From Spirochaetia bacterium (lineage in GTDB: Bacteria > Spirochaetota > Spirochaetia > CADAEX01), in assembly GCA_017535435.1 (NCBI GenBank), contig JAFXTY010000050.1:5211-69210 (forward strand): a stretch of DNA of 64,000 nucleotides. The letters are read 5' to 3'. The notes under the pieces are model-generated. The model saw only the letters and a list, made by a program, of their open reading frames with translations, made no database searches and was not told the origin of the DNA. This document shows, piece after piece, positions 56,158 to 64,000 of the stretch (the stretch's first letter is position 1; each line of letters opens with the position of its first letter). Position numbers and translations under genes: made by a program.

Positions 56158-57891
56158 CTATCCTGTTACCATGAAAGTATTGCGGTTGTAACTCATGGTG
56201 GTAAGGTACTTCTTGTTGCCCTTGAGTGCATCCATATAGCCGGAGACCACAAAGGCAAGGCAGGATACTGCATTTGCATCCTCATCTGCCAGATTGAACA
56301 GCACGCCGTCGTCCTTGGTGATAATCTGTACGGCATTGTCCCGCAGAATGACGGTACATTCTGCTGAGATAAGCTGCTTTCCTGAGCCGTTTTTCTCGTA
56401 GATAAGCATGTACAGATCCTCGATCAGATGCTTGCAGCGGAAAATTATTTTTTTTCTTATACCAGCAGCTGCAAGGAAAACCTCAACCTGCTTCTGAGTA
56501 GCAATGACATTCTCTGGTGTCACTGTAAATTCGTAGAAGGCAATATTGCCGGCATCAGTTTTTTCTTTAAGCAGCAGGGGCCAGTTTGTCTTTCCATATC
56601 TTATGCGTACATACAGCATTGTAATGATGTATGCCACCAGCGGGGAGAGTGCGGATCCGAAAAACAGTCCGTAAAGGCCGAATAGTTTTCCACAGATTAT
56701 ACAGACAGGAACAGCCACCAGTGCATCCCGCATACCGCAGATTGCAACCCCCAGCATAATTCTGTCGATAAGCAGGTAGTAGGAACTCAGCAGATACAGC
56801 ATACTTATGGGGACAAATCCCAGTGCCATGATACGGATGCCATTTGTAGCATAGGCTGCTGCAGGAGAGTTTGTAACGCCGTAGATTCTGGCTATAAAGG
56901 GAGCTAGGAGGACAAATAGGGCGAACATAAAAAGTGCCTCAAGGATGGCAGCCTTCTGGGCCAGAGCATAGCATTTTTTTACACCATCATAAGTCTCTTC
57001 TCCCAGATATATATTCATCAGCGGAGTGATTGCCTCGCCGATGCCGTCAAAAACCAGCTGGAATTCCTTTATGAACAGGATAAATGCCACTAAAATAAGC
57101 ATTTCTGGACCATAGGTGCTGACTATAAAGCGGTTGATGACTACGGTGAATATTCCAATGAACAGGTAGGAGCTGGCATCTATGGCGCTGTACTTGGCAG
57201 CAGTGGCCAGGCCGCGGAAAGAAAAGTAAATGCCTGGCTTGAAGGATGAGCTTGGGCGGAAAAAATGCATACAGGAGATAGCCAAGGAAAGTGCAGTCCC
57301 GGCAAAGGATGCAAAACCGATGCCCGCAATCCCCCAGAAAGGGGCAAGGGCGATAGAAAGCACCAGGTTTCCAACCATCTGTGCTATGTTGGCGGCAAAG
57401 CTTATGCTTTCATCGCCGTCAGTCAGCACCATCTCTGTCATAAGCATATTCAGGGGAGACAGCAGAATGGCACAGCTGTACCAGAAAAGATAAGGCTTTG
57501 CCAGCAGGAATACAGTCTGTTCCGGCTCATAAAAGAGCAGGTAGCGGTCTCCAAAAGTCAGGAGCATGGCAAACAGAATGCCGCCTGTCATTATTGCGGC
57601 AGTAAAACCCAGCGAAAACCAGCGCCCGGCAGCTTTCTGGTCAAATTCCCCCATGGCCTTGGCATATAGAATCGGAATTCCTATAGAAATAAGGCCTGCG
57701 AAAAACGAGGCGGCGGAATATGCCGGAGCTACCAGGCTGATAGCGGCAACAGCATCCTTTCCCAGCGCAATTCCTGCGATTATTGAATCTGAGATCAGAA
57801 GTGCGGTAACCACTACCATGGTCATGGTACCTGGAAGCAGCAGCGAGATAAATTTTTTCTGCAGAAAGGTCGGGGCAGACTTTATTTCCAT
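56158..57891 (-). CDS. MATE-family efflux transporter fused to a C-terminal RsbW-like (anti-sigma kinase-fold) domain
   Basis: 577 aa. 12 TM MATE core of about 450 aa. The C-terminal 125 aa FYEFTVTPENVIATQKQVEVFLAAAGIRKKIIFRCKHLIEDLYMLIYEKNGSGKQLISAECTVILRDNAVQIITKDDGVLFNL align by eye to RsbW (EMKVPAQPEYVGIIRLTLSGVASRMGY...EIEDLKIAVSEACTNAVQHAY...EVSI...EDRLEVIVADEGDSFDF). No GGLGL box. Confidence 0.7.
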   Translation of the reverse strand: MEIKSAPTFLQKKFISLLLPGTMTMVVVTALLISDSIIAGIALGKDAVAAISLVAPAYSAASFFAGLISIGIPILYAKAMGEFDQKAAGRWFSLGFTAAIMTGGILFAMLLTFGDRYLLFYEPEQTVFLLAKPYLFWYSCAILLSPLNMLMTEMVLTDGDESISFAANIAQMVGNLVLSIALAPFWGIAGIGFASFAGTALSLAISCMHFFRPSSSFKPGIYFSFRGLATAAKYSAIDASSYLFIGIFTVVINRFIVSTYGPEMLILVAFILFIKEFQLVFDGIGEAITPLMNIYLGEETYDGVKKCYALAQKAAILEALFMFALFVLLAPFIARIYGVTNSPAAAYATNGIRIMALGFVPISMLYLLSSYYLLIDRIMLGVAICGMRDALVAVPVCIICGKLFGLYGLFFGSALSPLVAYIITMLYVRIRYGKTNWPLLLKEKTDAGNIAFYEFTVTPENVIATQKQVEVFLAAAGIRKKIIFRCKHLIEDLYMLIYEKNGSGKQLISAECTVILRDNAVQIITKDDGVLFNLADEDANAVSCLAFVVSGYMDALKGNKKYLTTMSYNRNTFMVTG

Positions 57892-58187
57892 TCGATGTCA
57901 AAAACGCTGTCAAGGCAGGTGCTTTCCAGCACGTCCTTAAAGTTCTCTCCTACGTTGATAAGTTTCATAGAAGCCTTTTTCTGCTTGAGCGTCTTGAATG
58001 TAGAAAGCAGTACGCGGATTCCGGCAGAGGAGACATAATCACAGTCGGTGAAATCCAGCACCAGGGCGGTGATCTTATCAATCTGTGTACCGATAACGGC
58101 AGATAATTCCGGGCTGGTAAGCGTATTCAGCTCACCGGAAAGAGCAATTGTCTGTTTTCCATCAGAAACAGTAGATGTTAATTCCAT
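57882..58187 (-). CDS. STAS-domain anti-sigma-factor antagonist (SpoIIAA/RsbV-like)
   Basis: 101 aa. LDFTDCDYVSSAGIRVLL with a conserved phosphorylatable Ser (DYVSS) and the STAS fold pattern. Confidence 0.8.
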   Translation of the reverse strand: MELTSTVSDGKQTIALSGELNTLTSPELSAVIGTQIDKITALVLDFTDCDYVSSAGIRVLLSTFKTLKQKKASMKLINVGENFKDVLESTCLDSVFDIEWK

Positions 58188-58202
58188 ATATTTCCTCCAG
58201 CT

Positions 58203-61199
58203 TCAGCCATCACAGATACGATATAGCATATTTGACTGTTTTGCAAGCAAGTTGATTTGTCTGGACGACAGTGTGATATCAGGATTTTCTGCCGTCATTA
58301 AGAGCATTTCACAGGAAGCAGCAAATAGGTTTACGAACCTTTCCATACTTTCCCGTCTGTACTGGGCTGAGTTATAATCAAGAATAAAACCGAATCCGTC
58401 TCTGCTCTCAAGTATCTCAATCTCAGGTGAATTGCCGCAGCCACAGGGGAATTCATCGGTCTCCAAGGGCTCTGCCGTATTCTTCATGAAACTGCGGTAT
58501 TTGTCACATTCGTACATATCTCCCTGATATAAAAGACATAAGACTTCATGCCCTTGGTACAACCCGATTCTGTCAAAGTAGGAGATGCTTCCATGGGCAA
58601 TACTTTCAAGAACCTGCTCCTTTGCCTGCATAAGCAGATCTTTCAGCTTGGTTTTATCATCAATAGTGAATGCAATAGGAAAGTCCTTATAAAAGAGTCC
58701 GATGGAACGCTGTACAGAGACATCTTCCCGTCCGTTCCATACCCAGGAGAGCATGACATTCCGGGCTTTGTCATACATAGCAATTGCCAGGGCAACAGCT
58801 GCAGTATAGAATTCATTCTTCCCCAGTCCATAATGCTGGCAGAGGGATGTGACACGATCTTTTGAGAATTTAAAATCACCCTCTATACTGTCCAGGATAT
58901 TCTTATCTGTGTCAAAATCGGTCCGGGGCCGGGTATGCCAGCCATCTTTGTCATAGCGGTTTTTAAAGTACGCAACATCATGGGAATAAGTTTCGGTGTT
59001 CTTGAAGTCTGCTTCTTTCTGCATAGCCTGGTAGGTGAAATCGGCCCCTAGTTCGGTGCCGCCCAGGCTTAGAGCAATGTCGTCCATAAGAATTTCCATA
59101 GAAGAGCCATCTGCAACAACATGGTATACATCAAAAAGAAAAACGTTCTGCTCCGGAGTGCTTATAATCCGGGTTCGGAAAAGGGGGCTGCCGTCAAGCA
59201 GGAATGGTCTTACAAAGTGTTTTTCGGCATCGGCAAGTTCTTCCATGTTCATGGTCTCCACAGGTATTTCCTTGTCAAAACCAGCCTCATAGCGCAGATA
59301 ATAGGTGTCACCCTCTTTCTCGATGACGCTCAAGAGTGCAGGATGGGCAGAAAGGGCTTTCCTGACAGCCTGGGCGAACTGGCTCAAGTCCACATTGTCC
59401 GAAAGTATGGCCTTATACGCAAGGTTGTACATGACTGTTCCTGGAGCCGACAGTTCACAGCGGAGCATATAAAGCTGAATATCGTTTAATGGTGCTTTTG
59501 TCAGCCTGTTTTTTCCCTGTACACTGGCAGATGTTTGAGCCATAAGAGCATCCACTGCTTCTGCAATAGCCCGCACAGTCCGTTTCTCAAAAATAAGAGG
59601 CACGGACAAAGGAAGAGTATTGCATTTGACCAGGAGATTCATGGCGCATATACTGTCACCACCAAGGGCAATAAAATCATCATCAATACCGATTTGCCCT
59701 ACATTTCCAGATTCGTTCAGAACTTTCTTAAAAGCATCACAAAGCATTTTCTGTGTCTTAGTCTCTGGTGGCACATATTCAGCATGATTCTCGCTGAAAG
59801 CTGGTGGTGTCAGTGATTTTTTGTCTATCTTGCCGTTTGTGTTCAGGGGCATTTTCTCAAAGTGGATAAAGTATGAAGGAATCATGTACTCGGGAAGAAG
59901 CTTTTTTAAGGATGTGCGGATTGTCTCCTCAGGAACAGCAGTCTCCTTCTGGTAATAGGCACAGAGAAAATGAATTCCCGTGTTCTCAAAAGCCTTTACA
60001 GCTACAACCTTTGTTCCCAGCACTTTTTTAAGTGCAGTCTCCACCTCGGCAGGCTCCACACGGTTTCCGTTGATCTTGACCATATCGTCTGCCCGTCCCA
60101 GAATGTATAAAAGTCCGTCTTCTCCCCGTCTGGCAAAGTCCCTGGTGCGGAAGAATTTTTTTCCTCCTATCCAGATGAATGCTTTATCATTCTCTTCCTG
60201 CTGGTTCAGGTAGCCCCGGAAATAGGGCAGGTAAAGGCAGATTTCCCCTTCTTTTTCAGAAACCTTGCCGTCATCAAGAAGCACCATATCGGTATAGGAG
60301 CATCCAGACCCAATCGGCGTGTTTGAATATGGCCTGTCGATCACAAAGCTGCAGGCTGTGGACATAAGCTCTGTATTGCAGTAGAGATTGCGGAAGTCGA
60401 ATCTGTCGCTATAGGTATCGCTTACCCGTTCGGAAGAAAGCATAATAACCTTGGGTGAAAGGCTTTTGTTTTCAGAAAGGGGTTTTATCATCGAGGCTGT
60501 CAGGAACATTGCGTCAATCCTGTGGTCTTTTAAAAACTGCATGTAAAGCATAGGATTTTTGACGACAGCATCGGAAACTATATAAATTGTAACGGCATCG
60601 TAGAGCATACTCACATTGATAATGATAAAAGCAGAAAAAGTTACCGGCGCCACATTTGCAAAGCGGAGGGAATCGTCCTTCATGGTATAGGGTTTCACAA
60701 CTTCCTCGGCTGTACCTGTTGTCGTAAAACGGTACACACCATATTCTTCTACAACTCCTTTCGGCTTTCCTGTGCTGCCTGATGTGTAGATGATAAAGGC
60801 AAGGTCATGCTCGTCGCTCTCTGCCCAATCTGCTTCTGGAAGGGGCTTGTAGCTCATGGCCTTATCCCAGTGCATACTGTCAAATACCAGTCTGGCACCC
60901 GAGTCCTTAAGCACATGCTCTATGCGCTCCTGGCCCATGGCATCGGAAATGGGTACAAAGGCACAGCCGCATTTTATTACCCCAAGTTCCACAGCAACAT
61001 ATTCCATGGATTTTTCCAACTTTATGGCAACCAGTTCTTCTTTTTGGAGCCCCAGTGTTTTTAAGTATGCGGCAACACGGCTTGAATAATCATTCAGCTG
61101 GGCATAGGTGGTTTTACGCTCGCCGTCCCGGTCAACTATAGCGGCGCGTCCAGGGTATTTCCCTGCCACTTCTGATAATCTATGTAAGAATGGAATCAT
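58203..61199 (-). CDS. single-module nonribosomal peptide synthetase, domain order A-T-C
   Basis: 998 aa. Adenylation cores IIYTSGSTGKPKGV, GRADDMVKINGNRVEPAEVE and NGKIDKK. Carrier-domain Ser in IALGGDSICAMNLL. C-terminal condensation domain with YHVVADGSSM (HHxxxDG). Confidence 0.8.
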   Translation of the reverse strand: MIPFLHRLSEVAGKYPGRAAIVDRDGERKTTYAQLNDYSSRVAAYLKTLGLQKEELVAIKLEKSMEYVAVELGVIKCGCAFVPISDAMGQERIEHVLKDSGARLVFDSMHWDKAMSYKPLPEADWAESDEHDLAFIIYTSGSTGKPKGVVEEYGVYRFTTTGTAEEVVKPYTMKDDSLRFANVAPVTFSAFIIINVSMLYDAVTIYIVSDAVVKNPMLYMQFLKDHRIDAMFLTASMIKPLSENKSLSPKVIMLSSERVSDTYSDRFDFRNLYCNTELMSTACSFVIDRPYSNTPIGSGCSYTDMVLLDDGKVSEKEGEICLYLPYFRGYLNQQEENDKAFIWIGGKKFFRTRDFARRGEDGLLYILGRADDMVKINGNRVEPAEVETALKKVLGTKVVAVKAFENTGIHFLCAYYQKETAVPEETIRTSLKKLLPEYMIPSYFIHFEKMPLNTNGKIDKKSLTPPAFSENHAEYVPPETKTQKMLCDAFKKVLNESGNVGQIGIDDDFIALGGDSICAMNLLVKCNTLPLSVPLIFEKRTVRAIAEAVDALMAQTSASVQGKNRLTKAPLNDIQLYMLRCELSAPGTVMYNLAYKAILSDNVDLSQFAQAVRKALSAHPALLSVIEKEGDTYYLRYEAGFDKEIPVETMNMEELADAEKHFVRPFLLDGSPLFRTRIISTPEQNVFLFDVYHVVADGSSMEILMDDIALSLGGTELGADFTYQAMQKEADFKNTETYSHDVAYFKNRYDKDGWHTRPRTDFDTDKNILDSIEGDFKFSKDRVTSLCQHYGLGKNEFYTAAVALAIAMYDKARNVMLSWVWNGREDVSVQRSIGLFYKDFPIAFTIDDKTKLKDLLMQAKEQVLESIAHGSISYFDRIGLYQGHEVLCLLYQGDMYECDKYRSFMKNTAEPLETDEFPCGCGNSPEIEILESRDGFGFILDYNSAQYRRESMERFVNLFAASCEMLLMTAENPDITLSSRQINLLAKQSNMLYRICDG

Positions 61200-62341
61200 C
61201 TGATAGATCCTAAGGTGTCTTTGAAATAATCCAGGACAGCTTTAAGTCCGCACTCCAAATCGGCCTTGTTCAAAAGCAGGTTTACCCGGAAGCAGAATCG
61301 GTGTTTTAAGTCAAGGCACTGCATAACACCAGGATAGGCAAAGTAGCCTTTATCTTTCATCAGCATCTTCATGGCATCGACGAAGAGCCTGTCATCAATC
61401 GTACGATCAATAAAAATCATGGCGTAATGCCCGGACACTTCCGAAGAAACTGTGGCAAAATCATAATCAGACAGTATATGCCTGACCAGCGAAAGATTTT
61501 CAGCCCAGAATTGATTATAGATGGAAAGACATTCATCAAAATTAGGTGAGATAAAATGATGATATCCCTGCCGGCATGAATAGTTGATAGAGCCTCCAAA
61601 GCTGTCATTCAGACTGTTGATTGCATCGTAATATTTTTTATGCACCACCAGGACAGAGAATTTTATTCCCTGGATACCAAGCGCTTTATGGGGGCTGTAT
61701 ATGTAGATAAGGTTTTCCTGAATCCCGAATGTCCGGGAAAGCTCCCTGCCGTTTATGCACAGGGATTCGTCTAAGATTACAAGCTTACCTGCATTCAGAA
61801 GTTTCTGAATGCCCTCTTTTACCCGCCGTTTGAAATAAATACTGCAGGAATTTAGAGGAGAAGTGAACCAGAAGGCATTGCAGTCAGACTGCAGAAGGAG
61901 GTCTGCATCAAATGATTCATTTATGTTCTCCATGAAGTCATCGAATATTGTGTAGTCCATTTTTAAGGCATCACAGCAGTCTGGAACGGAAAAATAGTAG
62001 GGGGTGATGATTCCAAGCTTTGCAGCCATTTCTGAAAGAAGAATTGAGACCATAGAAATGGAGAGGGTGCTCTGGGTCAGTGCATGGAAAAACGCATTTT
62101 TACAGTCGTCGGCAGAAAATCCCAGCTTGTCCGCAATTATCTCTTTTACATCCTCTGGAAAGTAATAATAGTAGTCGAATACATCCTGCTCGTTGTCAAC
62201 CTTCAGAATCTTTTTGATTTTTTCTTTATATTCAGAACCGGTATTCCAATAGGAAAGGTTTACAGGAGGCTGCTCCCGGCATTCTTTTTCTGCCTCATCC
62301 AGTTCCATCTCAATTTCATAATCAGTCATATAATTTTTCAT
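61196..62341 (-). CDS. PLP-dependent fold-type I enzyme (aminotransferase/decarboxylase-like), family unresolved
   Basis: 381 aa. LVILDESL (acidic residue before the PLP region) and YSPHKALGIQGIKFSVLV (S.HK Schiff-base Lys context). Similarity judged by eye only. Confidence 0.45.
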   Translation of the reverse strand: MKNYMTDYEIEMELDEAEKECREQPPVNLSYWNTGSEYKEKIKKILKVDNEQDVFDYYYYFPEDVKEIIADKLGFSADDCKNAFFHALTQSTLSISMVSILLSEMAAKLGIITPYYFSVPDCCDALKMDYTIFDDFMENINESFDADLLLQSDCNAFWFTSPLNSCSIYFKRRVKEGIQKLLNAGKLVILDESLCINGRELSRTFGIQENLIYIYSPHKALGIQGIKFSVLVVHKKYYDAINSLNDSFGGSINYSCRQGYHHFISPNFDECLSIYNQFWAENLSLVRHILSDYDFATVSSEVSGHYAMIFIDRTIDDRLFVDAMKMLMKDKGYFAYPGVMQCLDLKHRFCFRVNLLLNKADLECGLKAVLDYFKDTLGSIR

Positions 62342-63482
62342 ACTCCGTGTAGGTATAGCTTTTAATAGGCTTTATTCCAGACATTCTACTATATAAGAGG
62401 ATATCTGGAAAGTTGATTCCATTGAAATAGTTGACTTGTGCAAAGGAATATGAACCCATGTCGCCGAAAATGATTTTATCTCCAGGCTTCAGGGGCGATG
62501 AAAAGTCGTATTCCCCGAACACATCCCCGGAAAGGCAGCTGTTACCTGCAAGCAGATAGCTGTATTTCTTTTGGTCAGCGCGTCCTTTTTCTGGATAGAC
62601 CACAGGGAGCTGGTAATAGTTTTTAAGGACATCAAGGGCATGGCAGGAAAGGGATGTGTCAAGAATTGCTATGTCCTTTTCGTTGTGCACTATGTCCAGT
62701 ACAGTAACAACTAGGAAGCCTGCCTCCATAACCAGATATTCACAGGGCTCTATGTAGGTCTTTAAATGATATTTTGTATGCAGGATATCCAGATTCGCCT
62801 GGAAATGGTAAAAGTCAAAATCATCCTCGGTCAGGGCCTGCCCTCCCCCTAAGTTTATCCAGGAGACATAGGGAAAATAGCCAGAGAACTTTTCTATCCC
62901 GGCAGAAAGGAGATTGTTGAAATCTTTGGAAGAATTTCCGCATAGGGCATGGATATGGAAGCCGGAGATACGGTCCATGATATCTGGCTCAACTTTAGAA
63001 AGAGCCTCTTTTGTAAGTCCGAACCGGGAATAACGGCCACAGGGATTGTAGACAGCTTCTTTTACTGCATTGATTTCTGGATTAAGACGCAGGGCAAAAT
63101 TATTCTTTGCAGTCCCCACCTGATTGAAAACTGAAATCTGCTGTGGAGAGTTAAGGACAATATGGGAACAGATGGTGGCAATCGCCTCGGCATCTTCTGC
63201 CTTGTAAGCTGGGGTGTGAATATGAACTTCCTTTCCCAGGCCACTTCCCAGCTTAGCCTCAAAAAGCCCCGATGCAGAGGTCCCTTCTACATAAGGCTTG
63301 ATTAAAGGAAATGCCTTTGCCAGTGGAAAACCTTTCATGGCAAAAAGGAGTGAAAGCCCTGCTTTGTCAGATTTTGCCTTTATAGCCTTCAGGTTTTTTG
63401 TGAGAATATCGGTATCAATAATGTAGCAAGGTGTTTTGACCTTTTCTGTCCAGCCTGCAAAGGTGCCAAAATCAGAAGTCAT
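62322..63482 (-). CDS. carboxynorspermidine/carboxyspermidine decarboxylase-like (fold-III PLP decarboxylase)
   Basis: 386 aa. N-terminus KTPCYIIDTDILTKNLKAI resembles the NspC ...TPYYLIDE..L..NL start. LFAMKGF PLP-Lys region. Family-typical length. Confidence 0.65.
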   Translation of the reverse strand: MTSDFGTFAGWTEKVKTPCYIIDTDILTKNLKAIKAKSDKAGLSLLFAMKGFPLAKAFPLIKPYVEGTSASGLFEAKLGSGLGKEVHIHTPAYKAEDAEAIATICSHIVLNSPQQISVFNQVGTAKNNFALRLNPEINAVKEAVYNPCGRYSRFGLTKEALSKVEPDIMDRISGFHIHALCGNSSKDFNNLLSAGIEKFSGYFPYVSWINLGGGQALTEDDFDFYHFQANLDILHTKYHLKTYIEPCEYLVMEAGFLVVTVLDIVHNEKDIAILDTSLSCHALDVLKNYYQLPVVYPEKGRADQKKYSYLLAGNSCLSGDVFGEYDFSSPLKPGDKIIFGDMGSYSFAQVNYFNGINFPDILLYSRMSGIKPIKSYTYTEYEKLYD

Positions 63483-63997
63483 TTAATGTCCAGACCCTCT
63501 TTTTTGATGCACTCAACTTCTGGAACGCCATAGAGCAGCTGCACCAATGCCTTGGCATACTGGAAGCCGAAATCAAAGTCGCCGATATATCCGCCGGATG
63601 TAGTCACATAGTAGAACTTCTTTGCCTTGCACAAACCCTTAGGGTAACCTTCGGGGGTGTAGCGGAAAGTGATGCCACATACAGATGTGGCCTCGAAGTA
63701 AAGCTTTATCAGAGCTGGAAAGGAAAGATCCCAGTATGGAGCAGCCATTACTATGATATCAGCATCGGCAAACTGTTTGGCATACCGGAAAAACTGGTCG
63801 CTGAAATCATTTGCGGCAAGGGCTTTATCCCGTTTTGCAATATCAGCAATAGTAAGTGGTCTTAAGTTCTCATCTGCCAGATTCAGTACTTCTGCTCTCT
63901 CCCCAGTCTCTTTCTCCAGCTTTGAAAGAAGGTCTTCTGCCAGTTTAAGTGTCCGTGATTCCGGGCGTATGCAGGCATTTATAAACAATGTGCTCAT
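63479..63997 (-). CDS. flavodoxin-like-fold NAD(P)H-dependent FMN reductase / azoreductase-like protein
   Basis: 172 aa. TLFINACIRPESRT N-terminus and the MAAPYWDLSFPALIKLYFE pattern of the Flavodoxin_2 family. First gene of the minus-strand operon as seen in the window. Confidence 0.6.
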   Translation of the reverse strand: MSTLFINACIRPESRTLKLAEDLLSKLEKETGERAEVLNLADENLRPLTIADIAKRDKALAANDFSDQFFRYAKQFADADIIVMAAPYWDLSFPALIKLYFEATSVCGITFRYTPEGYPKGLCKAKKFYYVTTSGGYIGDFDFGFQYAKALVQLLYGVPEVECIKKEGLDIK

Positions 63998-64000
63998 AGT

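Noticed and set aside
1-64000. CRISPR arrays, rRNA, tRNA and IS/transposase genes
   Set aside because: No spaced direct repeats, no rRNA-like conserved stretches and no transposase or integrase ORFs were seen. Intergenic regions are short, mostly under 100 nt, and none folds obviously as a tRNA.

Overview
This 64-kb window looks like the chromosome of a Gram-negative anaerobe, possibly a Treponema-like spirochete. The clues are the rpoN-hpf-hprK-ptsH arrangement, several LFSC-type lipoboxes, a DUF1846 protein and a 1425-aa CoA-enzyme activase fusion. Genes are densely packed and mostly housekeeping. Recognisable examples are holA, ptsH, hprK, hpf, rpoN, thyA, folA, infA, argJ, hisI, hisG, hisA, metF, galU, murD and tatD. 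Several accessory blocks are interleaved with them. (1) At 9.6-24.4 kb is a complete aryl-polyene (APE)-type lipid/pigment gene cluster. It has two ACPs, a membrane/adenylation/dehydratase fusion, a GT2 glycosyltransferase, LpxL-like and PlsC-like acyltransferases, a thioesterase, a LolA-like carrier, an MMPL exporter, KS/DH/KR/KS/CLF-like enzymes, an O-methyltransferase and an antisense Sfp-type PPTase. (2) At 53.7-64.0 kb is a tightly packed minus-strand operon. It joins a single NRPS module (A-T-C), a PLP-fold enzyme, a carboxynorspermidine-decarboxylase-like enzyme and a flavin reductase to a partner-switching set. The partner-switching set is a STAS antagonist, a membrane PP2C phosphatase and an RsbW-like kinase. 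It also includes a MATE exporter that carries a C-terminal RsbW-like domain. This is the best candidate for an undescribed system in the window. (3) An AT-rich two-gene island at 44.9-46.2 kb encodes a small antitoxin-like protein and a GIY-YIG nuclease-domain protein. (4) An AT-rich block of secreted proteins and lipoproteins at 0.9-3.7 kb sits under an XRE regulator. It includes a Tyr/Gly-repeat protein and a degenerate PBP-transpeptidase-like lipoprotein. A dinJ-yafQ TA pair lies just downstream at 3.7-4.3 kb. The rpoN reading frame is broken by a 1-nt frameshift in a C4 homopolymer. No rRNA, tRNA or CRISPR array was found.
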